Shown: positions 1 to 8,100 of the stretch, piece by piece | Position numbering within the stretch: the stretch's first letter is position 1 | How the letters are laid out: every line of letters begins with the position of its first letter | Assembly (NCBI GenBank): GCA_027339965.1 | Contig: DAHWNL010000074.1 | Coordinates: 1-17,425, forward strand | Direction: 5' to 3' | DNA: 17,425 nucleotides | Source of the DNA: Granulicella sp. | Lineage (GTDB): Bacteria > Acidobacteriota > Terriglobia > Terriglobales > Acidobacteriaceae | Notes under the pieces: generated by a model | Database searches by the model: none | Seen by the model: the letters and a program-made list of their open reading frames with translations, nothing else | Told to the model about the DNA's origin: nothing | Program-made: the position numbers and the translations under genes

Positions 1-1
1 G

Positions 2-1984
2 GTGATGGCGGTGAAGATTGTGCCTGCGGCGCTGGGCGTGAGCGCTGCGCCGCTGCTGATCAGCGATGCCGCCTGGAAGGCGAGCATGCAGCTCACTCCT
101 GGGTGGCAAAATCCAGGGTTCAACGACAGCGGCTGGAGCGCAGCCGACAGCCTGGGCGGCGTGGAAAGCTCCTACGAGTTCTTCCAGTGGAACGCGGATG
201 CCGGGATGTACGCCTGGCCGGGCTATGACGGCATCTCGGCGTTCCTGGGTCACTATTCCTTGAATCCGGAGAGCTTGCAGGATGTCTCCAACGGCGCCGG
301 GCGGATCATGCACCCTGAGGCCCTGACGCTGGGCGGGCCGAACTTCCAGGTGGAGTTGCCCAAGGCGCGCTTGAGTAGCTTTGACGCGCCTTCGATGCTG
401 CTCGATTTCGGGCGCGAGGTGGCCGGACGCCTGGAGTTGGACTCCAGTTCCTCTGCGCCGATGGATGTGACGGTGCAGTACGGCGAGTCCGAGATGGAGG
501 CGCTGCACGATCCTTACCTGGGCGTTGACCCGGTCCACGTGGCTGCGCATGGCACAGCCTATGGCCCCAAGAGCGCCTTCCGTTATGCGCTGGTGCGCTT
601 TGTGGGCGGCAGGCAGATGAGCTTCAAGGCTATCCGGCTGGATGGCATCGCCTATCCGGTCACCTATCAGGGCTACTTTGACTCCTCAGACAAGCAGTTG
701 AACCTGATGTGGGCGATCGGCGCCTACACGGCGCATCTGTGCATGCAGGACGACATCTGGGATGCGCCCAAGCGTGACCGCGGCCGCTGGATGGGCGACC
801 TTGACGTCAGTGGGCGCACCATCGAGGACGCCTTCGGCGGCAACTTCCTGATGGATGACACGCTCGATCACCTGCTGGGAGCCAATCCCGTACACAGCGA
901 TGTCAATGGCATCCCCGGGTACTCCGCCTTCTGGCTGACCGGCGAGAAGGAGTATTTCCTGCACACCGGCTCGATGAAGCAGTTGCAGCAGACCCATGCG
1001 CGCATGGTGCAACTGCTGAACTACATGGAGCTGGAGATGAACCGCCGCAACCTGTTTGCGGACAAGAACCACGCGTGGACCTTTGTGGACTGGTCTCCGG
1101 AGATGAGCGGAGACACGCCGCTGACCCGGATGGCGACGCAGTTCGAGTTCTACGCCGCCTTCAAGGATGGAGCCTATCTGCTGCGGCAGTTGAAGGACGA
1201 GGCCAATGCGCAGAAGTTTGCCGCCGAAGCGCAGAAGCTGAAGGCAGCGTCGCGGCAGTATCTGCAGGACGCATCAGGATCCTATGGGAACCGGTGGCAG
1301 ACCAACGCCTATGCGGTGCTCTCCGGGGTGGCGGACCCGGCGCAGTATCCGGCCATCTGGAAGGACGCGCTCTCCAGCGTGGGACACATCCAGTACAACG
1401 CGTTTATCATTACGCCCTACTACAACTATTATGTGGTGAGCGCGATGGCGAAGATGGGACATCGGCAATCGGCGCTGAACTGGATACGGCAGTACTGGGG
1501 CGGGATGACGCAGGAGGGAGCGACGAGCTTCTGGGAGGGATATGACCCGGCGTGGTACAAGGGCGTTGACTTTCATGCCTCCCTGCAGGCCGACAACATG
1601 TCCGGCTTCCGGGTGAGCCTGGCGCACGGATGGTCCAGCGGGGTGACGCCGTGGCTGATGGAGCAGGTGATCGGCATCCAGGCCACCGGGCCGGGATTCT
1701 CCACGGTCAACATCCGTCCGGACCTGCTCGATCTCTCCTGGGCCAAGGGTGGAGAGCCGACGCCGCGCGGGATGCTGAAGGTGAGCATCCGCAAGCAGGA
1801 TGGCTATACCACGGAGGTGGATCTTCCCCCGGCGACCACGGCGACGGTCTCTGTGCCAGTGTCGTCTGCAACCTCCCAGGTGGAGGTGAACGGCAAGCCC
1901 ATGAGCGCCCGCTCCGCGGAGGGCGGAGCGAGGGCGGTGCTGGTGTTGAACGCCAGTGGGCAATACCTGATCCACAGCCGGTGA
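2..1984 (+). CDS. Alpha-L-rhamnosidase, glycoside hydrolase family 78 (5'-truncated by window edge)
   Basis: 660-aa ORF open from the window start. GH78 motifs: LLDFGREVAG, AFRYA, WDAPKRDRGRWMGD (acid region), FVDW, GATSFWE (base region), SLAHGWS, and C-terminal PTPRG beta-sandwich. Stop TGA at 1982-1984. Confidence 0.88.
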   Translation: MMAVKIVPAALGVSAAPLLISDAAWKASMQLTPGWQNPGFNDSGWSAADSLGGVESSYEFFQWNADAGMYAWPGYDGISAFLGHYSLNPESLQDVSNGAGRIMHPEALTLGGPNFQVELPKARLSSFDAPSMLLDFGREVAGRLELDSSSSAPMDVTVQYGESEMEALHDPYLGVDPVHVAAHGTAYGPKSAFRYALVRFVGGRQMSFKAIRLDGIAYPVTYQGYFDSSDKQLNLMWAIGAYTAHLCMQDDIWDAPKRDRGRWMGDLDVSGRTIEDAFGGNFLMDDTLDHLLGANPVHSDVNGIPGYSAFWLTGEKEYFLHTGSMKQLQQTHARMVQLLNYMELEMNRRNLFADKNHAWTFVDWSPEMSGDTPLTRMATQFEFYAAFKDGAYLLRQLKDEANAQKFAAEAQKLKAASRQYLQDASGSYGNRWQTNAYAVLSGVADPAQYPAIWKDALSSVGHIQYNAFIITPYYNYYVVSAMAKMGHRQSALNWIRQYWGGMTQEGATSFWEGYDPAWYKGVDFHASLQADNMSGFRVSLAHGWSSGVTPWLMEQVIGIQATGPGFSTVNIRPDLLDLSWAKGGEPTPRGMLKVSIRKQDGYTTEVDLPPATTATVSVPVSSATSQVEVNGKPMSARSAEGGARAVLVLNASGQYLIHSR

Positions 1985-2206
1985 ACCGACTTCGCCAGGC
2001 CTGCTTGTGGATGGATGGATCGGATGCATCTCTGGATGCGGACTTGTGGTGGCGCTTTCTTTGGTCCTCAGCCGGCAGACCCGACGGGGACTGAGAGATT
2101 TTCGACCCCGGCAGAGGCAGGCCTGCCTTAGAAGGTCGTGACGACGTTCCTAAACGTCCAGTCCTCGCACTCCGGTTCCAGGCGAGATGCTTTCGCCTGC
2201 GGCGGT

Positions 2207-2809
2207 TTAGTTCGCCGTGGCAGGCGTTTCGTCCCGGAGGCTCTGCTCTTCGATCCTCTGGCGCAGCGCCAGCAGCAGCTTTTGCGTTCCTGTGTGCTTG
2301 TGACGCCAAGGCTGTTGATCGGCCCAGAGAACGTCTGAGGTTTTTGGATCAACCACCTGCATCAGGGTTGAGATACGCGTGGTGATGGAAGGGCCATCCG
2401 GAATTGAGCCGTAGGTATACGCATTGCTCTTGGAGTTGTACAGGGAGACAAACCCGGAGCCGCTTCGTTGCCGGTGAGACTCGGTGAGCGCGAAGACGAG
2501 AAGCACGTCGGCGTGCTCTTTAGAGTCCACAATCTGATAGCGCCCCCAGTTTTTGAGCTGGGTATAGGCTTTATCCGCTATGCCTGGATCGTTCGTCTGG
2601 TTCTGGATATAGATCGTCGTCGCCTGCATGACCTTGGCGGGAAGCGGGGCGTGCTGTATCGGCTGCTTGTTCCTGCCCAGAGCCATGGCCGGAAGAGCAC
2701 AGAGCGTGAGGAGCACGGCGAGAAGTGGAGTATGGAGGTGCGGACGAAGGATGAGCCGCCACCCGCCGCTTCGCTGTAGCTGCACCGGCCACGCTTGGTT
2801 GTTGCTCAT
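2207..2809 (-). CDS. Exported hypothetical protein (about 200 aa) with signal peptide
   Basis: ATG at 2809 preceded on the minus strand by AGGAGGAAGAGCG (strong RBS). Hydrophobic h-region LLAVLLTLCALPAMA with AMA cleavage site. Protein-like body (TIYIQNQT...WGRYQIVD...ADVLLVF...VVDPKTSDVLW). Alternative ATG at 2827. Confidence 0.7.
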   Translation of the reverse strand: MSNNQAWPVQLQRSGGWRLILRPHLHTPLLAVLLTLCALPAMALGRNKQPIQHAPLPAKVMQATTIYIQNQTNDPGIADKAYTQLKNWGRYQIVDSKEHADVLLVFALTESHRQRSGSGFVSLYNSKSNAYTYGSIPDGPSITTRISTLMQVVDPKTSDVLWADQQPWRHKHTGTQKLLLALRQRIEEQSLRDETPATAN

Positions 2810-3001
2810 CGCTCTTCCTCCTGTCATGAGGGTTATCGTCAGTTGGTGGCAAAGGATGAGTGGAAAGCGTGGGGCTTAACCGCTTCATTCCGTGAGCGGC
2901 TGCCCCCCCCCGATTCGTCGACGGAGGTGGGCATTCCGTCAAAGAAGCGTGCGCGAGGGAGATGCTGGTCGTCGGGGGGGAGCACTCGCTGCCGGTGCTG
3001 C

Positions 3002-3216
3002 TCAGAGCCTAATGCGGGAGAGAATCTCGCCAGAGGACTTGCTCGACACGCCAGCCGGTTCCGCAAACTCTGGCCATTTCGCAACCGCACTCCGGACTCT
3101 CGTCAGAATCTCTGGAACATGTTTGAGCCGGTGGCGCTTGCCCAGGGCTTGCAACTCCGCGGTGGTCGGATCTTTGCCTTCGCCCATCAGGAGCATGCTC
3201 TGTTCGCCGCCGGGCA
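3002..3216 (-). pseudogene. hipA: HipA-family (type II TA toxin kinase) C-terminal remnant
   Basis: Translation PGGEQSMLLMGEGKDPTTAELQALGKRHRLKHVPEILTRVRSAVAKWPEFAEPAGVS resembles the HipA tail that follows the 'LSPAYD' motif. No kinase core, no good start and no hipB antitoxin upstream. Confidence 0.65.
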
Positions 3217-3538
3217 AGGCTTGACCAGGAAGATTACCGTCACAGTCCAACGAATCTCGCCGAAGTGTGGCGATAGTCTCAGGTCACGGATCTGGCGTTG
3301 CCGGGAGGTAGGTATCCAAGCGCCAAGATTCTTGCGCCAATGTTATGTCTGGGTGGATTGTGGCTTGCCGAGGCCGAGGTGAGCCTTGGTCACTCCGTTC
3401 CTCGCTCACGCCGGGGCGCTTTTCCCAGGTTGGGGGCCGATTGTGGCCGTCGAGAGGTAGGCCGACGAAATGAACAATCCCGTCAAAGCTGATACTCCGT
3501 GGAGCCCGGATCTAGTGATTCGATTGCCGAGGCTGGCA

Positions 3539-3583
3539 TCCTGCGAACTCAAATCTCGAAGAGGCCGGGATGTGGGGCACCCG
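3539..3583 (+). repeat. REP-like 45-bp repeat, copy 1 (degenerate hairpin)
   Basis: tcctgcgaactcaaatctcgaagaggccgggatgtggggcacccg; 37/45 identical, ungapped and in the same orientation, to 5074-5118. Confidence 0.75.
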
Positions 3584-3661
3584 GCGCCCGCACCTGGGAT
3601 GGTCAGGAGAAGCGAGATCTGGGGTCGCGGGAGCAGAGCCGGACGGGTCGATGGTCCCGAC

Positions 3662-3691
3662 TTGGTGGCGTCTGGAGCGGATGGGTATACT
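3662..3691 (+). promoter_or_regulatory. Possible sigma70 promoter for the K+ channel gene
   Basis: TTGGTG (3662-3667), 18-nt spacer, TATACT (3686-3691), about 125 nt upstream of the ATG. The -10 is good and the -35 is weak. Confidence 0.3.
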
Positions 3692-3816
3692 GCCTTTGCC
3701 GAGATCCTCAGGTGCGTGTGTACGGCTCGATGCGCAACAAAGCTTATCGACATGCTGGTTCCGCCCTGGCCGTCGCAAAAGCTATGCCGAACCCTGCCGG
3801 GTAGCCGTGGGAGCGA

Positions 3817-5049
3817 ATGAAGTATCCAGAGATCATCAACTCGCGCATGGAACGCCTTCGCATCAAGCTCGAAGGCGTTTCCAAGCGATTGCGTGAACCG
3901 GTCTGGTTTCCCCACGTTCCTCTGGCCCTGATGCTGTGGCTGGCGGGCTTCTGGGTCTTGCAGGGAGACTGGGGCAACCACTGGTTTGCGGGGCTTCGCT
4001 CGCTGGCGAATGGAGATTTTTATTTCAATCTCCAGATGCACAAGCTGCCGTCCTTGTTCATCGGCAGCGGCATGCTCATCATGGGGTTCGCTCTGCTGTG
4101 GCGCTCCCGTCTGGCATGGATAGTGGCCTTGCTGCTGGCGGTGACGGCAACCACCAACACGGTGCTGGGCAGACACGCCCACGCGGGGCCTTTATCTACT
4201 TACTTCCTGCTGATCGTGGTTGCGCTGCTGGTTACTTGGCGGAGCTTTGACCGATCAAGCGTAGCGGCTAGCACGCTCTTCGCCGTCACCTCCGGCTTGA
4301 TGCTGCTGCTGTACGCTACCTTTGGCGCGTACTACCTTGGAGCGGGGTTCACGCCGCCGATCAACAATCTGGTGACCGCCCTCTACTACTCCATGGTCAC
4401 CATGAGCACGGTGGGGTATGGAGACATCGTCCCGAGAACCGATGAGGCGCGGCTGTTTACGGTCTCGGTGATCATTCTCGGCGTGGCCGTCTTTGCCACG
4501 TCACTCACGGCGGTGATTGCTCCTTTGGTGAGCCGAAGCCTGCTGCGTATCGTTAACCGGAGGAGTCCCCAGATGAAACGGCATCACCACTATGTTGTCG
4601 TGGGTAACACGTCGCTGGCTATCAATACCGCGCAAGAACTGGAAAAGCGCGGCCTGGTTGTGGTGCGCATCCTGAGGGAAGCGGTCGACGCGGCAGAGGC
4701 CAAGGGCTCGAAGGTCGTGCTGGGAGATCCCAGCACGGCGGAGACACTGCGTCAGGCGGACGCCGAGCAGGCCACTGCCGTATTGGCCATGCTGGACGAT
4801 GATGCGGAGAACGCGTTTGTGACGCTGGCCATGCGAGAGCTCGCTCCCGGCGTTCGCATCGTTGCCGCCGTGAATGACGCCCGTCAGTTGAACAAGGTCA
4901 AGCTTGCTCAGCCGGATGTGGTGATTGCCCCCCAGGTGCTGGGTGGGGAGCTCACGGCTATGCTGTTGGCCGGTGAGACGATCACCTCTGACTTTGTGAT
5001 GCAGCACGTCTTCCAGAATCTCAAAACGGGGACCTCGACCGGGGACTGA
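3817..5049 (+). CDS. kch: Kch-type potassium channel (6TM plus RCK/TrkA-N domain)
   Basis: 410 aa with several TM helices. Pore helix and filter ALYYSMVTMSTVGYGDIVP, followed by ARLFTVSVIILG. C-terminal RCK domain (HHYVVVG, GDPS...TLRQA, DDDAENAF, PDVVIAPQVLGGE). RBS GGAG at 3809-3812. Confidence 0.9.
   Translation: MKYPEIINSRMERLRIKLEGVSKRLREPVWFPHVPLALMLWLAGFWVLQGDWGNHWFAGLRSLANGDFYFNLQMHKLPSLFIGSGMLIMGFALLWRSRLAWIVALLLAVTATTNTVLGRHAHAGPLSTYFLLIVVALLVTWRSFDRSSVAASTLFAVTSGLMLLLYATFGAYYLGAGFTPPINNLVTALYYSMVTMSTVGYGDIVPRTDEARLFTVSVIILGVAVFATSLTAVIAPLVSRSLLRIVNRRSPQMKRHHHYVVVGNTSLAINTAQELEKRGLVVVRILREAVDAAEAKGSKVVLGDPSTAETLRQADAEQATAVLAMLDDDAENAFVTLAMRELAPGVRIVAAVNDARQLNKVKLAQPDVVIAPQVLGGELTAMLLAGETITSDFVMQHVFQNLKTGTSTGD
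4559..4575 (+). promoter_or_regulatory. Internal RBS plus in-frame ATG (Met253), likely start of a free RCK subunit
   Basis: GGAGGAG (4559-4565), 7 nt, ATG (4573-4575), in frame and immediately before the RCK domain. Confidence 0.65.
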
Positions 5050-5073
5050 TGCAGCTTTGTGTCTGGATGAGCG

Positions 5074-5118
5074 TCCTGCGAACCCACATCTCTGAAAAAC
5101 CGAGATGTGGGGCACCCG
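5074..5118 (+). repeat. REP-like 45-bp repeat, copy 2 (intact hairpin) between convergent genes
   Basis: Stem cccacatctc (5083-5092) / gagatgtggg (5102-5111), 9-nt loop, then gcacccg. Lies between the convergent stops at 5049 and 5148. Confidence 0.8.
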
Positions 5119-5147
5119 CGTCGTCCTGCCAAAGAGCTTCCGGTGCG

Positions 5148-8100
5148 CTACTCGTAGAGCAGGTAGAGGCCGCGGGCGGCGAGGTATGTATTGAGCGCGG
5201 GCTGCCAGGATTTTGCGATGAGGCGGGGATCTTCGCCGCGCTCGATGGCGTCCAGCGTGGCTCGGCTGCCCAGCAGCCGCAAGGTCTTTGCAAGCTGGAA
5301 CTGCTGCGGGTAGAGGCGGTGCAGGATGCTCAGGATCTCTACGCCCATCTCCGGGGAGTCCAGGGCGCGGCGGTCTGTGAGGGTCATCCGTACTGCCGGG
5401 ATCGTCTGGCCGCGAAAGGGATAGCGATTGGCGGAGTCGGTGACCGTCGCGGTGGTGGCCGTGAAGGTGACGCCCGGGATCTGTCGCCGGTTCAATGCCC
5501 GCGCGACCTCCGCAGCGTTCATCCAAGAGGCTCCGAAGAGGGAAAAGGAGGAATCCGTGCCGCGTCCGGCTGAGACGCCCGTGAAGTCCAGAAGGCCAAG
5601 ACCTGGGTAGAGTGTGGCCGCTGTCACTGAAGGCAGGTTGGGGCTGGGGTTGACCCAGGGCAGGCCGGTCTGGTCAAAGTACTCGTCACGCGACCAGTGC
5701 TGCAGCGGGACGACCGTGAGGTCGGAGTCGAGGTGCTTGACGCCAACGATGTACTCGGCCAGCTCTCCCAGCGTCATGCCGTTGCGAACCGGCAGCGGCA
5801 TGAAGTCGATGTAGTCTCCCGGCCCGGTGGTGAAGGCGGCGTCCGAGATCGGTCCCTGCACCTGAGAGCCGTCGATGAGGGCCGGGCGGTCAAGCACGAT
5901 GATCTTCAGGTCATGGTGATACTCGTTCTGCTCCTGCGCGGCGGCTTCAAGGAAGTATCCGGTGACCGTCTCATAGGTGTAGAAGCGCACGCCGACGTCC
6001 TGAAGGTCAATCACGACGGCGTCGAGGTTCTTCAACTGCTCGTGGGAGGGCCGTTTGTCCGCCTCCGTGGGGCCGTAGAGGCTGGTGACAGGCAGGCCGG
6101 TGATGGGTTCGACCTCGGCGCGCAGGTGGGTGGTGTCCTGCTTGCCGAAGATGCCGTGCTCGGGAGAGAAGACGGTCGCCAGCTTCGCTCCCGGAACCGT
6201 TCGGGGCAAATCGTTGGCCAGGATGGCGATGGTCGAGCGGCGGTTGCTGTCGATGCCGGTTTGATTAGTGAGCACGCCTAGCACCGGGGGATGGCCAATC
6301 TCCGTGGCCAGGGTGACGAAGGGAGCGAAGTGCTGCTGCTCGACAATGTCGATTCCGATGAGGGTGCGGCCTGTGGCCGCAGCCTGCGCTGCTGCGCTGG
6401 ACGCGGACGCGCAGAAGAGGTTGGGGTCGCCGCACTCGGTCGGAGCGGTGGAGTCAGGCGGGTGATAGAGTCCCAGAGCCTCTGCCGCGGCGGTGGCTAC
6501 CTGACCGCGCAGGTTGGAGATGGGAGGGTTGCCGCGGGGATGAATCGCGTTGGCCAGCAGAACGATGTAGGTGTCTGAGCCGGGATCGATCCACAGCGTG
6601 GTGCCGGTGTAGCCGGTATGGCCGAAGCTGCCGACGGGGAAGACCACGCCGCGCGGCTTGGAGAAGCTGCTGTCAATGTCCCAGCCATAGCCGCGCAGGT
6701 CCTGATGTTTGACGGAGGGATAGTGCGGTGCCAGGCCGGGCGCGGCGGGGGCTTCGCCGGCGGCGATGGCCGCGCGCTGGGCCTGATTGGCCTCCGCGAG
6801 CTGGTCCGACGTATGGCCGGGCTGCTCCGGCGTGACCATCAGTTCCAGCGTGGAGCGCTTGAGGGGAAAGCGGCTGGGCCGGCCGGCGAGGCGATCCAGC
6901 AGCGCCTGGGCGAAGAGGGCGACGTCCTGGGCGGTGGAGAAGACGCCGGCGTGGCCGGCGACGCCGCCCATGCGGCGGGTGGAGGGATCATCCACCGAGC
7001 CCCACAGCATCCGGTTGTAGTCCGGGTTGTTCTGCGCGTTGCCCTCGTCATCGTGGGCGGTGGGCGCAATCTTCTGAAGCAGAGAGACGTTCCAGTCTCC
7101 GGGCTTGCAGGGGTGGGAGGGGCTGGAGCCGGGAGCGAGTCCGATGGCCGCTCCATAGACCTGGTACGCTCCGCAGGCGCGGGCCAGGGGGAGATAGCTG
7201 GTGTGGGTCATGCCCAGAGGCGTGAAGATGTGCTGCTGGGCGTAGACCTCCAGCGGCTCCCCGCTGAGGCGTTGCACCATGTACCCGAGCAGGATGAAGT
7301 TGATGTCCGAGTAGCGAAAGACGGCTCCGGGAGCGGAGACCAGCGGCGTGGTAAAGGCCCGGCGGAGGCCTGCGGCGAAGTCGGGTTTGGCCAGCCCCCA
7401 GGGGGATCTCATGGTGATGTCGCCGGGCTCACCGGAGGTGTGGGTGAGGAGCATGCGGATGGTGACCTGGGCGCGAACGGGATCGTGCTGAGCGTTGAAC
7501 TCGGGAAGGTACTTCTCTACCGGATCGTCAAAGCGCAGCTTGCCCTGCTCGTAGAGCTGCATGATGGCGGTTGCGGTGCTGAGGCACTTGCTGAGCGACG
7601 CCATGTCGAAGACGGTGTCCATGGTCATGGGCAGAGCGGGGGAAGGCCGTCCGTCCAGCCCGGGCTCGCCAGCCAGCTTGCGGTCTCCGTAGGCGTGCTC
7701 AAAGACCACTTGCCCGTTGTGCCCGATGAGCAGCGCGACTCCCGGCGGCTGGTGCGTAACGACGGCATCAAGGATCAGACGGGAGACGAGGCTGAAGTCC
7801 GGAACGTGGGAGTGGGTAGCTGCGTTGGCGGATAGCGATTGCGCGTGGCCGGCGCGCGCGCTGAGCAGAGGCAGGGAGAGCAATGTGGCTGTGAGCGCGA
7901 TCAAGCCGACGGCGGAGCTGGAGACGGAGTGGACCGTCTTCCGGCGGGAGGGTGAGCTGCCCGAGAGCAGGCTGACCAGCGCCCCGACGAAGAAGGTGGC
8001 GGCTGCGCCGATGAGGACATACCAGGTCCAGGCGATGGGCGGTAGGGTGATGGGACCGAGGTGCATGGGGAAGACTCCTTGCCAAAGCCAGAGGTTGAGG

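Noticed and set aside
2009..2128. ggatg repeats and 14-bp palindrome aggcaggcctgcct (2115-2128) between convergent genes
   Set aside because: Short, loopless, no U-tract; plausible by chance at this GC content.
2874..3010. Integron attC site (GTTAAGC on the minus strand before the 2809 gene)
   Set aside because: Only one core box fits; there is no complementary RYYYAAC box at a suitable distance and no integrase in the window.
3584..3816. c-di-AMP (ydaO) or other riboswitch upstream of the K+ channel
   Set aside because: No recognisable consensus elements; an Rfam scan would be needed.
6460..7800. Calling the serine hydrolase domain an antibiotic-resistance beta-lactamase
   Set aside because: It has YSD rather than the class C YxN and HTG rather than KTG, and is fused to DUF1343; context favours a muropeptide amidase or esterase.
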